DNA of 64,000 nucleotides from Patescibacteria group bacterium (GCA_049322955.1 JBMOPU010000012.1:472150-536149), one strand, 5' to 3'; shown: positions 30,388-39,881, numbered from the stretch's first letter. The notes: generated by a model from the letters alone, not told the origin. Translations and numbers: made by a program.

Positions 30388-31560
30388 ATGAAAAAAACAC
30401 TCTGGGTAATCGCGCTTATCGCTATCGTGAATGCATTAGGGTACGGGATCATTATCCCGATTTTGTATTCGTATTCGCGAAAGTTCGGTCTTACTGATTT
30501 TCAAAACGGGCTGTTGTTTTCGATATTTTCGGTATTCCAATTTATCGCAACGCCGCTTATCGGGAGATTGTCCGATGCGTATGGCAGGCGACCGCTTCTC
30601 CTTATATCGCTTTTGGGGACATCCGCATCATTTTTCACGATGGCGTTTGCGCAAAATGCCGCATGGCTTTTTATCGCACGGGCGCTCGACGGAATAACGG
30701 CGGGAAATATTCCCGTGGCACTTGCAGTCATTTCCGATACGACGGAAGCAAAAAATCGCGCAAAGGGTTTTGGCATTATCGGAGCGTCATTCGGATTCGG
30801 ATTTACGTTCGGTCCCGCCATTTCCGCATTCACCTTACACCTCGGTGAATCCGCGCCGTTTATCATCGCCGGTGTTATCGCGCTCGTTGCCTTTTTGCTT
30901 ACGGCGGTGTTCCTTCCGGAAACCAACATGCATAAAGGATCACAGGTTTCCCGTCATGTATTTGATTTTCGGCACTTATTCCATGCGCTGGTTGATCCCG
31001 CGATAGGGAAAACCCTTATCGTTTCTTTTTTGGTGATGCTCGCATTTTCAATTTTCATCTACGCGTTTCAACCGATGTCAGTAGAGGTACTCAGGCTTTC
31101 CCCTCAACAGATATCGGTCATTTTCACGATTATGGGGGTAATCGGTCTTATATCGCAGGGGATGGTTATTCCCCGCGTTATCCGGTTGTTTGGAGAGCGC
31201 GTAACCCTGGTCGGGGCGATGGCGGTATCGGTAGTGACCTATACGGTTTTATACTTTATGCGCGCATATCCGCTCTTTCTTACGGTGGTACTTATCCAAT
31301 CATTTGCCAACGGATTTGCCAATCCGATTATCCAGGCGTTGCTTTCCAAAGAGGCCGATGCTAAAAGTCAGGGGTCGATTTTGGGGGTGAACGCTTCGTA
31401 TCAAAGTATCGGACAAATTGTGGGTCCGGTCATCGGCGGCACGTTATCGACGTTTTTTATTCCGCTTCCGTTTTTGGCGGCGGCGATGGTCATGGGAGCG
31501 GCCATGCTCCTCTCGTTCGGCATGCTGAAACAGCATCTGCGTGCCAGGTCATTGGTATAA
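30388..31560 (+). CDS. MFS transporter (Tet/TCR-like)
   Basis: GRLSDAYGRRPLLLISL MFS motif A, with 12 TM helices. Confidence 0.8.
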   Translation: MKKTLWVIALIAIVNALGYGIIIPILYSYSRKFGLTDFQNGLLFSIFSVFQFIATPLIGRLSDAYGRRPLLLISLLGTSASFFTMAFAQNAAWLFIARALDGITAGNIPVALAVISDTTEAKNRAKGFGIIGASFGFGFTFGPAISAFTLHLGESAPFIIAGVIALVAFLLTAVFLPETNMHKGSQVSRHVFDFRHLFHALVDPAIGKTLIVSFLVMLAFSIFIYAFQPMSVEVLRLSPQQISVIFTIMGVIGLISQGMVIPRVIRLFGERVTLVGAMAVSVVTYTVLYFMRAYPLFLTVVLIQSFANGFANPIIQALLSKEADAKSQGSILGVNASYQSIGQIVGPVIGGTLSTFFIPLPFLAAAMVMGAAMLLSFGMLKQHLRARSLV

Positions 31561-31621
31561 GCTTCGCGTTCGTGCAATCACTTCACAAACGGCGTATAAT
31601 ACCGTGCAACGAGACCATTAT

Positions 31622-32422
31622 ATGTATCCTTTTATCGAACGCCGATCCTCACCGCAACGGGAACTCCTTAATCGCAACAACCTCATTATGACTATCGACG
31701 GGTCAACGACCGCGGGCAAACGGGTGATCGCGGAGCACCTTGCCGACCGATATAATTTGACGGTATTAAATACCGGAACCTCCATACGTGCCATGGCGCT
31801 CTTATCGATAGAAAACGGACTCGTCAATACCAACGATACCAATGTGACCATGATCCCTTCCGACTTTGCCGATAGAGTTGCGGATCTGTATGATCAGATG
31901 CCCGAAAAGCTAACCATTACCAAACCCCGCGACGGCGAACATACGGCTCGGGTGATGGTGGGTGCACGTGATATGCGCGGCGAGCTCCTTGCCTACGAGA
32001 AGCAAAAGGCCATTGAAAATCTTTCCTCCGTGATTGCGGCGAGCCCCGTGATTCGTTGGAAATTGTATCAGTTGTGGCGCAAAGCCGCGGAGGAATTGGG
32101 CGGCACGATTGTGATCGGGAGAAAAACCGGGATCGATCTGTTTCCCAACGCCCCGATTAAAATGTATTTTTTTGCCAGTCCGGAAGCATCCGCCGCGTAT
32201 CGGGTGACGCATGACCCGACTGCCACCATGCATCAGACCACCGAGGAACTTTATGTTCGCGAACGGGACGGACAGGATCAGGAGAATGGCTTGCTTGATA
32301 GGCCCGCCGGAGCAATGGTGATCGATACGAGTAATTACATCAGTCGTACGGACGGGAAGGGACTTGCGGAGTTGGAAGCGCAGATAGCAAAAAACATTGA
32401 AGCCCGCTGGGACATCAGGTAA
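31622..32422 (+). CDS. Cytidylate kinase-like family protein (paralog 1)
   Basis: MTIDGSTTAGKRV resembles Cmk ITIDGPSGAGKGT. The later block GTIVIGRKTGIDLFPNAPIKMYFFASPEASAAYR resembles Cmk DGRDMGTVVFPDAPVKIFL.AS.EERA.RR. The start was set at the Met after the MFS stop. Confidence 0.6.
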   Translation: MYPFIERRSSPQRELLNRNNLIMTIDGSTTAGKRVIAEHLADRYNLTVLNTGTSIRAMALLSIENGLVNTNDTNVTMIPSDFADRVADLYDQMPEKLTITKPRDGEHTARVMVGARDMRGELLAYEKQKAIENLSSVIAASPVIRWKLYQLWRKAAEELGGTIVIGRKTGIDLFPNAPIKMYFFASPEASAAYRVTHDPTATMHQTTEELYVRERDGQDQENGLLDRPAGAMVIDTSNYISRTDGKGLAELEAQIAKNIEARWDIR

Positions 32423-32993
32423 GCGTTGCTCTGCTATTTGACTGGACGACTGTTAGGGGATGTTTGGTTCCTTTTTCCCAGAGTTTGAAGCCGACGTAAT
32501 TGTATTGCGGTGTTTTCAGTTTTCCGTCTTTATACAGTTGTTCTACCTCCTCCGGTGTAAAGAAACCGTAATTTTGAATTTCGTCTTCCTGCATAATGAA
32601 CGTGCCGTCGAGGATAGTGCCGCGATATGAATAGCCGATATGCATATGCGCTTTATCAACGGCTGTCTCACTACTTTCTTTTCCGTAGGCCACCGCATCT
32701 TTGTCATCGTCGGCGTAGTAATGCCAGACGCCGATTAACTCATCCAGGCGTATCGTGAGTCCGAGTTCTTCTTTTGCCTCACGAAGTGCCGCCATCTCGG
32801 GTTCCTCGTTATATGCCACATCCACAAATCCGGCAATGGGAGACCATTTACCGCCATACTGATCCACATCCTGGACCATGAGAAGTCTTCCCAGCTTGTC
32901 GCTTAAGAAAATTGATACGGACGCGGACGCTTTGGTATGTTCTTTCCAAACCGCCTGTTCTTTGGGAACCGGTGAAAATTCTTTTCCTGCCAT
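32415..32993 (-). CDS. NUDIX hydrolase
   Basis: Nudix box GFVDVAYNEEPEMAALREAKEELGL. Confidence 0.85.
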   Translation of the reverse strand: MAGKEFSPVPKEQAVWKEHTKASASVSIFLSDKLGRLLMVQDVDQYGGKWSPIAGFVDVAYNEEPEMAALREAKEELGLTIRLDELIGVWHYYADDDKDAVAYGKESSETAVDKAHMHIGYSYRGTILDGTFIMQEDEIQNYGFFTPEEVEQLYKDGKLKTPQYNYVGFKLWEKGTKHPLTVVQSNSRATLT

Positions 32994-33367
32994 ATGAGAA
33001 GGGTATTATACTCCAAGCGGGGGATGAATCAAAAATCTGCCCTATCCATATAGAGAGCGGGGTTTTTTATGATATCGCGGCAAAGCGCGGAGTCTGGGTA
33101 ATGACCTGACGCATCCCGGTTGGGGAGGGTGTAATAATGCACAGACTCGACCACGACGGTATGTTCCGTTGCCATGTCGGGTGCTGATTCAACTTGAGTC
33201 GTCACGCAGGAGTGACTTTCGGGTTTTGGAGAAGGGGGTGTCGTCGGGGTGTCCCGCATGTCGTGCGTGTGCGGAGTATGTTCTTGCCATGACATACCAA
33301 TGCCATTATACACCCCGTGTCCAGAGAACGATCACTTGACACGTCTTCTCCAAACAGTGCCACACTG

Positions 33368-34405
33368 ATGGGTGGTATGGCAAAAATAGTGAAAAAGAAA
33401 AAAATCGCAAAAAAAGCACACAAATCAAGCGCTTCCGTACCTCGTGCCGTAAAGGACTCATGGACGATCAAACGGATCTATATTCCGTTAGGGCTCGCCG
33501 TGGTGGCGCTTGTTGCGTCGTCTCAGCTGACGTACACACAAAGTTTTCGAAGCGATGTATTGGGTGATGAAGATAAGGTAGCGCAAGAAGAACAGAAAGA
33601 AGCGGAGGATCGCCGAAAAGAGGAAGAGAAGCTGCACGAAGAGGAGGCCAAGCGGGAAGAAGAGCGGGAACAAGAGCGGGAACAAGAACAGGAGCAGGAA
33701 CAGGAAAAAGATGGCACTACGAGCACTTCCGCGGTACGGGTGAAATCAGAACGGGAAATGGAGACGAAAAACGGTGTCAAGATCAAATCCAAAGTAGAAG
33801 ACGACGGGGCAAGAAAAATTGAGGTAGAAGGGGAAGGTGTGCATTTTAAGTTTGAAGAAGAAAACGGTGAAGTACGCCTTAAAGTCGAAAATGAAGAGGG
33901 TAAAGAGCTGGAGACGCGTAAACATCTGAGTGTCGTGGATGAGCTTGAGGACGCATTGGATGAGGAAGAGATAGAAATCTCAAGCGATGAGGGGCACCTC
34001 GAGCTGAAACATAACGCCGTTCGTGCCCGGGTGAATTTCCCCTTATCTATCGATCCGGTTACCAAGGAACTGATCGTCACTACGCCCGCAGGTGAAAAAA
34101 CCGTCGCCGTCCTTCCCGACGCCGCACTCAAAAACCTGCTTATCAAGGGATTCCTTACCGAAGTAGCCTCCGGCTCGGCCACGGTTGCCGATGCCAGCGG
34201 CTCTGCCGGCATGGCAAACGCATTTGAATTAAAGGTCCATAACGGAAATCTGGTCTACGAAATTAGAGGAACCAAGAAGCAGAAGTTTTTTGGAATCATG
34301 CCGGTGTCCATCCCCAAAACCATGACGGTATCGGCATTAAGCGGCGAAGTGCTTTCGGAAACACAGTCGATATTCTCCCGAATGCTCGGTCTGTTCTCCT
34401 TTTAA
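33368..34405 (+). CDS. Membrane-anchored Glu-rich low-complexity protein
   Basis: Basic N-terminus and a TM helix, followed by an acidic EEEKLHEEEAKREEEREQEREQEQEQEQEK tract encoded by short tandem DNA repeats. An ordered C-terminal domain follows. No homolog was recognised. Confidence 0.6.
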   Translation: MGGMAKIVKKKKIAKKAHKSSASVPRAVKDSWTIKRIYIPLGLAVVALVASSQLTYTQSFRSDVLGDEDKVAQEEQKEAEDRRKEEEKLHEEEAKREEEREQEREQEQEQEQEKDGTTSTSAVRVKSEREMETKNGVKIKSKVEDDGARKIEVEGEGVHFKFEEENGEVRLKVENEEGKELETRKHLSVVDELEDALDEEEIEISSDEGHLELKHNAVRARVNFPLSIDPVTKELIVTTPAGEKTVAVLPDAALKNLLIKGFLTEVASGSATVADASGSAGMANAFELKVHNGNLVYEIRGTKKQKFFGIMPVSIPKTMTVSALSGEVLSETQSIFSRMLGLFSF

Positions 34406-34440
34406 CCTGCCTCTTTTCTTCCCGTGAATGAGTTGCAGAG

Positions 34441-34449
34441 TGCTATAAT
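34441..34449 (+). promoter_or_regulatory. Extended -10 promoter element TGcTATAAT
   Basis: A perfect TGnTATAAT ends 9 nt before the ATG at 34459, which implies a leaderless or near-leaderless transcript. Confidence 0.4.
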
Positions 34450-34458
34450 CTGCCGGAT

Positions 34459-35229
34459 ATGGCATTTTCCGAACATATTTCCGCCTCCGCCTCTATCGGC
34501 ATTCACGGTGCGAGTGCCGTTGGCAAAGAACAAACCGCCGATGTCTTGGCACCGATATTGGGAATGCGCGTTATCAATACGGGAAGGTCCATTCGTGGTA
34601 CGGCGCTTATGGCGCACGTGCTCGGGCAGTTTGAAGAGGGAAAGGGAAAAAATATCCGGCTTCGCGATGGGGCGGTTGAGCGGATCGCCGACTGGGTCAG
34701 CGCGGGATCCAAAGGATTGCACTTTGAAACCCGAGCCCCCGATACTTCAGCTCCCATATTTTTTGCCGATGCGGATCTTACCGATGCCATCCGACCCAAA
34801 CGAAGGGGATTTACCCGCCAGTCCGTTATGGAGCCCGCCGCCGCGCTCATCGCTACAAACCCGCATATCCGAACGGCACTGTTATCAATGTGGCGGGATA
34901 CCTCGATCGCGTTGGGCGGCGCCGTCATAATAACGAAAAACATCGACGAATATCTGCCCGAAGCACGTGGGGTGTTTCACTTAATTGTTTCCGATCCCGC
35001 GGTATCTGCTACCTATCGTCTAAGGCGGCATATTGCGGCAACGAGATCGTTAGAGGATGAAATTGCCTATCTCAAAGAACGGGACAGATTGCATTTGGAT
35101 AACGGGCTGGAGCAGATTCCCAAACGGGCGGTGAAGATCGACATGACGCCGCTCCTTCTCAAGCGGAACGGATTTTTCAAGGCGGCGCACCTAATAAAAG
35201 GTTCGCTGGCGAAAACCTTTACATCCTGA
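34459..35229 (+). CDS. Cytidylate kinase-like family protein (paralog 2)
   Basis: The IGIHGASAVGKEQ P-loop-like block and overall collinearity with 31622-32422. Identity to paralog 1 is low. Confidence 0.55.
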   Translation: MAFSEHISASASIGIHGASAVGKEQTADVLAPILGMRVINTGRSIRGTALMAHVLGQFEEGKGKNIRLRDGAVERIADWVSAGSKGLHFETRAPDTSAPIFFADADLTDAIRPKRRGFTRQSVMEPAAALIATNPHIRTALLSMWRDTSIALGGAVIITKNIDEYLPEARGVFHLIVSDPAVSATYRLRRHIAATRSLEDEIAYLKERDRLHLDNGLEQIPKRAVKIDMTPLLLKRNGFFKAAHLIKGSLAKTFTS

Positions 35230-35232
35230 CCT

Positions 35233-35472
35233 ATGCTGAAAGAAGTACTTTCGTCCCGCGCAAAACAACGCCTTATCCTTGCCGCTCGTGCCATGGATAA
35301 AAGCGAGGAAAAAAGTTTGGCGCTCATTACCGAAGAAGTCGATGCGATCACGCAACCTAATGTCCCTGCCATTGAAATGGCCACGGGGATAGTAAGCATT
35401 GTGGGGCAACGGATGATGAAAAAGCCTGCGGCAATCGTTGCCGGGATCGAAGAATTGCTAAGGAAACGGTAA
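35233..35472 (+). CDS. Hypothetical small protein (79 aa)
   Basis: It lies 4 nt after the upstream stop on the same strand and has plausible composition. No homology was recognised. Confidence 0.35.
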   Translation: MLKEVLSSRAKQRLILAARAMDKSEEKSLALITEEVDAITQPNVPAIEMATGIVSIVGQRMMKKPAAIVAGIEELLRKR

Positions 35473-35477
35473 TACCT

Positions 35478-35822
35478 CTATTTGGTAATCGGCGGGCGGG
35501 AGAGGCGGGTGATGCGGACATCTGCCATGCCGCTGGCGACCGCAGACTCCTTTGGCACCCGGGCGATAGTGCGGGAATAGTCATCCAAACGAACGGGAAA
35601 TCTGCCTTGTAACGCATAGGTTACCGTACACTCGCTATCCGGTCCTTCGGTGACCACGACTTCTATTGCTGAAGCATCGCCCGTCCTATTTTTGACTCGT
35701 GCGTCGGGAAACCCTTTTACCCATCCGATATTCCGGCGTTTGGTGTTTGATCCGATGAGACTGGTTTCTTCCACTTCAACCACATCAGCTATCATCAGGC
35801 TCAGTTCTTTGGCGGCTCGCAT
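35478..35822 (-). CDS. Hypothetical protein (114 aa)
   Basis: An ORF with protein-like composition, convergent with 35233-35472. No motif was recognised. Confidence 0.4.
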   Translation of the reverse strand: MRAAKELSLMIADVVEVEETSLIGSNTKRRNIGWVKGFPDARVKNRTGDASAIEVVVTEGPDSECTVTYALQGRFPVRLDDYSRTIARVPKESAVASGMADVRITRLSRPPITK

Positions 35823-35942
35823 GGGGAGATAGTAGAGTTCTACGCTATTGCTGTCAAGAAAGCGGGGAAAAACTTTTGGGAATGTGATGTCGTGCTCGTA
35901 TGTCGACTTGTTTGCGGGGGAATAATTAGCTATACTTCCCCC

Positions 35943-36512
35943 ATGATTTTGTCTGATCGGGATATTGTGGCTTCTCTAAAATCCGGGCGTATAAAGATTG
36001 TTCCTGCCGTTAACCAAAAAACACAACTCGGTTCCTGTTCCGTCGATCTTCGCCTGGGCAAACATTTCCGCGTCTTTAATCACAGTAAATTTGCGTATAT
36101 TGATCCCAATAATCCCAAACTTGCAACCGGGATGATGGCGGAAGTGAAGCTCAAAGACGGCGAGCCCTTCATTCTCCAGCCGGGGGATTTTGTCCTGGCG
36201 ACAACCATGGAAAAAGTGACATTGCCCGATGACCTTGTGGGGCGATTGGAGGGCCGTTCCAGTTTGGGGAGACTCGGTATTGTCGTCCATTCCACCGCAT
36301 CCGTGTTTGATCCCGGTTGGTCGGGGATGGTGGTTATGGAGCTTGGGAACCTCGGTCGTATGCCCGTAGCGCTGTACCCCGGGATGCGAATCTGCAGTAT
36401 GACGTTTGAAGAATTAAGTTCTCCTGCCCTTGTGCCGTACACGAAGAAAAAAACGGCGAAATATATCGGGCAAAACGCCCCGCTTGCCAGCAAAATAGGT
36501 GATGACCGATAA
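35943..36512 (+). CDS. dcd: dCTP deaminase
   Basis: MILSDRDI..., VDLRLG..FR, ILQPGDFVLATT.E.V.LP.DLVGRLEGRSSLGRLG and DPGWSG.VV.EL.N.G..P..L.PGMRI align along the full length with E. coli Dcd. Confidence 0.9.
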   Translation: MILSDRDIVASLKSGRIKIVPAVNQKTQLGSCSVDLRLGKHFRVFNHSKFAYIDPNNPKLATGMMAEVKLKDGEPFILQPGDFVLATTMEKVTLPDDLVGRLEGRSSLGRLGIVVHSTASVFDPGWSGMVVMELGNLGRMPVALYPGMRICSMTFEELSSPALVPYTKKKTAKYIGQNAPLASKIGDDR

Positions 36513-36514
36513 CT

Positions 36515-38047
36515 ATGAGTGATTGGCCGATTCTCTACAAGCAAGTATTGCACGTCAAAGACCCCAAAAATCCCGTGGGGGTGGCGATCATGTGGACGGA
36601 ACGACAAGTGGTTGCCGACATGTTAAAAAGTGAAAGCTACTGTGCCGTCGGCAACCTGTATTCTTCGGCCGGAATCTCCGCAATGATCAGAAACGTCTAT
36701 GCCAACCCGCACATTCGGAAAATCGTCTTATGGGGCGCCGATCTTTCCCGAAGCGGTTCGGCACTCATGGCGCTTATGGCAAACGGGGTGGACGAAAACT
36801 TCTTTATCATCGGCGATGAAAAGGGCGGGCAGATCGAAAAAGAAATCGGACACGAGGCGATTGATCTTTTCAGAAAATCGGTTGAGGTCATTAATCTTCG
36901 CGGCAAATCACCCGATGAGTTACGCAGTACGGTGGCCAGACTGGGGAGTGAGCCGCCCGTTCCCTTTACCGAACCCAAGGTGTTTCCGACCTCACGCCCC
37001 AAACCCTTCACCTATCCGTCGGAACAAATCGGTTTCCGTATCCACGGGCAGACCGCGGCACAGACCTGGCTTAAAATCCTCCATAACATCATGCGCTACG
37101 GGCGAAACAAGACGACGCGCTACACTCAGGAAAACGAACTCAAAGAGCTCTTAAATGTTATGGCGGTGGTCTATGACGAAGATCCCGAAAAACCGTACCT
37201 TCCCAAATTTTTCCCCTTCTCGGAAAAAGACTTACAAACCTACTACCCGCAGGTACTTTCCGCCAAACAGATTCCTGGTATCGCCTACACGTACGGACAA
37301 CGCCTCCGTGATCATGACGGGGTTGATCAGATCCAGAACATCATCGATCTTATTAAGACCCGCCCGTTCTCCAAAAAAATGGTGGCATTCACCGCAAAGA
37401 TCAAAGAAGACTGGTCGGTCGTCAATAAAGGAGATACCCCGTGTCTTACGCAGATCTTGTGTAGCATCCAGGACAATAAATTGTTTATGACCACGCATTT
37501 TCGCAGTCAGGATATGGTGCACGGATGGCCGCGCAACGTGTTTAGTCTCAGAAAACTCCAGAAACTTATCTCCGATGAATCGGGAGTTCCCATGGGCACG
37601 TTTGTCATGATTACCCACAGCGCGCACATCTATAGTGACGATTACGAATTGGTGGAAAAAATCCTTGCGGAAAATTTTGAGCATGAACTGGGGTACACCA
37701 GCCGCCAGATGTTTGAAGACGATCCCCGCGGCAATATCACGGTGGAAATAGAGGAGTGCGGCAAAAAACCGGTCGGCAGACCCACCAAATATGCCGAGAA
37801 ACCCACGGATAAAGAGTATGAAATCGTAGTCAAACTCTATGCACCCAACGGCGGATTACTGCTCAAGGAATGGCGGGGGAAAACCGCGATGGAAGTGTAT
37901 ATCGAAATGGTCAATATCGGTGAATTTTTGGTACTTCCCAGTCACGCCATCTATATCGGTACCGAACTACAACGGGCCGAATATTATATAAAGTTAGGCA
38001 TCCCCGAAAAATACAATCAGGATCCCGCCGCCAATAAGGCGCTCTAA
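36515..38047 (+). CDS. Fusion protein: MtrA-like N-terminal domain + thymidylate-synthase (ThyA)-like domain + uncharacterised C-terminal extension
   Basis: Residues 1-150 contain DWPIL..., NPHIRKIVLWGADLSRSGSALMALMANG and FIIGDEKGGQIEKEI...VEVINL. These parallel MtrA blocks GWPI.., NPNIR..L.GSEV.GH..GQ...L..NG and IIGAKGAIPF.EN...V.LID. Residues ~180-400 contain ThyA blocks AYTYGQRLR, PCLTQIL (Cys nucleophile), HFRSQDMVHGWPRNVFS (cf. YQRSCDVFLGLPFNIAS) and ITHSAHIYSDDYE. The last ~110 aa match nothing recognised. The stop of dcd lies 2 nt upstream. Confidence 0.7.
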   Translation: MSDWPILYKQVLHVKDPKNPVGVAIMWTERQVVADMLKSESYCAVGNLYSSAGISAMIRNVYANPHIRKIVLWGADLSRSGSALMALMANGVDENFFIIGDEKGGQIEKEIGHEAIDLFRKSVEVINLRGKSPDELRSTVARLGSEPPVPFTEPKVFPTSRPKPFTYPSEQIGFRIHGQTAAQTWLKILHNIMRYGRNKTTRYTQENELKELLNVMAVVYDEDPEKPYLPKFFPFSEKDLQTYYPQVLSAKQIPGIAYTYGQRLRDHDGVDQIQNIIDLIKTRPFSKKMVAFTAKIKEDWSVVNKGDTPCLTQILCSIQDNKLFMTTHFRSQDMVHGWPRNVFSLRKLQKLISDESGVPMGTFVMITHSAHIYSDDYELVEKILAENFEHELGYTSRQMFEDDPRGNITVEIEECGKKPVGRPTKYAEKPTDKEYEIVVKLYAPNGGLLLKEWRGKTAMEVYIEMVNIGEFLVLPSHAIYIGTELQRAEYYIKLGIPEKYNQDPAANKAL

Positions 38048-38056
38048 CCGTACGCT

Positions 38057-38800
38057 ATGCATACACCGGTCATTGAAGTCGTGAGTGAAACTCACGGCAA
38101 ACCTTCCGTCGTCAGAGTACTTCTTGTTATGCAGACATTTTTGTACCGATATCCGCGATTCGGGGTATGGTGTTATCTTATCCGTTCGGGGAAAAAAGTC
38201 GTGGTATTTGACGCGGGACCTCGGTTCTCGTCGCTGTTGGGCGGGAAATGGGGCAGGGATGTCGATAATACCGCGCGAATTTTGTATGCCCTCGATAGGT
38301 ATTTCCCGGATATGCCGGTATCGTTTATCGCCGCGTCGCATTATCACTTTGATCATGTCGAAAACGCACCGCATTTACAACAGCGGCTGGCGAAACGTCA
38401 GAAGACAGTGCCGCCGATACGACTTCATACGAACGAGTACGAACCCAAACGATTTTTACACGTGTTTCCGCATTCGCTCATACGGGTATTTCAACAGGCG
38501 GGTTATAGCGATTGGAGGCTGGGAAAGCCTATTTGCGACGGTGAAAGAATTGCCGGTTCGTCATATCGATTCGTGCATTGCCCGGGGCATACAAGCGGCA
38601 ATTTGGCACTGCGAAGCGACATAGAAAAGGTATTTATCGGCGGGTATTGGGCGATCCCAAAACAGCGGGTCGGGATACTCGCACGGATTATTACTTCCTT
38701 TGTTGATGAATCGACGGCATGTTTCCCCGTCACGATACGCCACATGCAGGGATGTGAATCATACCGTATCGCCACCTATCATCCGACACTCGGCAGATAG
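38057..38800 (+). CDS. MBL-fold metallo-hydrolase
   Basis: ASHYHFDH (HxHxDH) plus downstream His/Asp ligands (HCPGHTSGN). Confidence 0.75.
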   Translation: MHTPVIEVVSETHGKPSVVRVLLVMQTFLYRYPRFGVWCYLIRSGKKVVVFDAGPRFSSLLGGKWGRDVDNTARILYALDRYFPDMPVSFIAASHYHFDHVENAPHLQQRLAKRQKTVPPIRLHTNEYEPKRFLHVFPHSLIRVFQQAGYSDWRLGKPICDGERIAGSSYRFVHCPGHTSGNLALRSDIEKVFIGGYWAIPKQRVGILARIITSFVDESTACFPVTIRHMQGCESYRIATYHPTLGR

Positions 38801-38846
38801 CGGGGTTTCTTGACAACACCCGCTACGGGTCTGCATACTGGTAGCA

Positions 38847-39581
38847 ATGTTTGACTATCTGTTTGGCCTTCTGCTTTTTGTGCTCGGACTCGGTCGTCCC
38901 TCCGTACTGGGTGAACAGGCTTCCGATTCGGCAAAACCTTCCGCACAACTGAAACTCATGCGTCCCAAGTTTTCCGCCGAACAACAGGAAGCATTTCAGA
39001 AGGAACGCATGAAACAGGAAGCAAACATAAAGCGGATCAGCGATGCGAGAATGAAGGAACTGGAAAAAACTTATGCCGAAAAACAAAAATCCAGGAGCGA
39101 AAAAGATGCGGTAACCAAGCAAGTACTTGCGGAAAAACTGGCCGGGTTTAAGGACGCCCAAAAACGACAAAAAGTGCAGGCCATGGCGGATACATATCAG
39201 AAAACCGTTCCCGCCATGCTTGCCGGCATGCAAAAGAAATTAACCGACATGATGTCGCTTTTGGATCGGATCACCGCGGCCGCTGGTGCGATGAAAACAC
39301 AAGGTGTTGACGTTGCGGAAATAGAATCCAATGTCGCGGCGGCACAAGCGAAGGTGAGCAGTGTGTTGTATGCCGTCGAGGCACTCACCGAGTCTGTTCC
39401 GACCGTGCTTACCGTAAGCGGTGAAGATGCGGCCGGTGAAGACATTAAAAACGCGGTACGCGAGCTAAAGGAATCAGTACGTGATGTCCGCTCCGCATTT
39501 GCCGAAGCGCATAAAGCCGTGGGAATTGCCTTGGAGAATCTTGAGGAAATAACAAATGCCGTAGAGGTCGGGGAGCGATAA
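38847..39581 (+). CDS. Secreted/membrane-anchored coiled-coil protein
   Basis: N-terminal hydrophobic signal/anchor, then K/E/A-rich heptad-like sequence. No enzymatic motif. Confidence 0.5.
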   Translation: MFDYLFGLLLFVLGLGRPSVLGEQASDSAKPSAQLKLMRPKFSAEQQEAFQKERMKQEANIKRISDARMKELEKTYAEKQKSRSEKDAVTKQVLAEKLAGFKDAQKRQKVQAMADTYQKTVPAMLAGMQKKLTDMMSLLDRITAAAGAMKTQGVDVAEIESNVAAAQAKVSSVLYAVEALTESVPTVLTVSGEDAAGEDIKNAVRELKESVRDVRSAFAEAHKAVGIALENLEEITNAVEVGER

Positions 39582-39584
39582 TAT

Positions 39585-39881
39585 ATGAAAAAATCATCGG
39601 TTCTTGTCATCATCGTTCCGCTTCTTATCGCAGGAATTGTCGTGGGGAGCGTTCTTGTGGTGCGGTATTTTTCACCGGTGCCCGAAGAAAGCAAAGCCGC
39701 ACTCAACCCTGTGCCCTCCGTGTATCCGGAACTCATCGACCCGACCGGAAAGCCGGAAGTGGGATTTGAAGGCTTACAGCCGAGCGAGCCTGTATCCGAT
39801 CTCCGCATGGAATTCGAAACCGCAAGTGACAGTTCCGGAGAAGCTATCGAAATCCTCGAACGGGAAGCCGATTCGTTTTAG
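39585..39881 (+). CDS. Small membrane-anchored protein (98 aa)
   Basis: It starts 4 nt after the upstream stop. It has a TM helix (VLVIIVPLLIAGIVVGSVLVV) and an acidic tail. Confidence 0.45.
   Translation: MKKSSVLVIIVPLLIAGIVVGSVLVVRYFSPVPEESKAALNPVPSVYPELIDPTGKPEVGFEGLQPSEPVSDLRMEFETASDSSGEAIEILEREADSF

Noticed and set aside
33029-33313. 94-aa minus-strand ORF in the 374-bp NUDIX/Glu-rich divergent spacer
   Set aside because: It has no recognisable homology and a Pro/Thr/His-rich composition. It could be a real small protein but cannot be supported.
33523-34212. 229-aa minus-strand Ser-rich ORF antisense to the Glu-rich protein gene
   Set aside because: It is the same artefact: the reverse complement of the GAG/GAA-rich repeats gives Ser/Leu/Phe-rich pseudo-ORFs.
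35823-35942. Possible regulatory element upstream of dcd (checked for the TCTGGC hairpin or NrdR-like box)
   Set aside because: Neither motif is present. There is only an AT-rich stretch with a TATACT -10-like hexamer.
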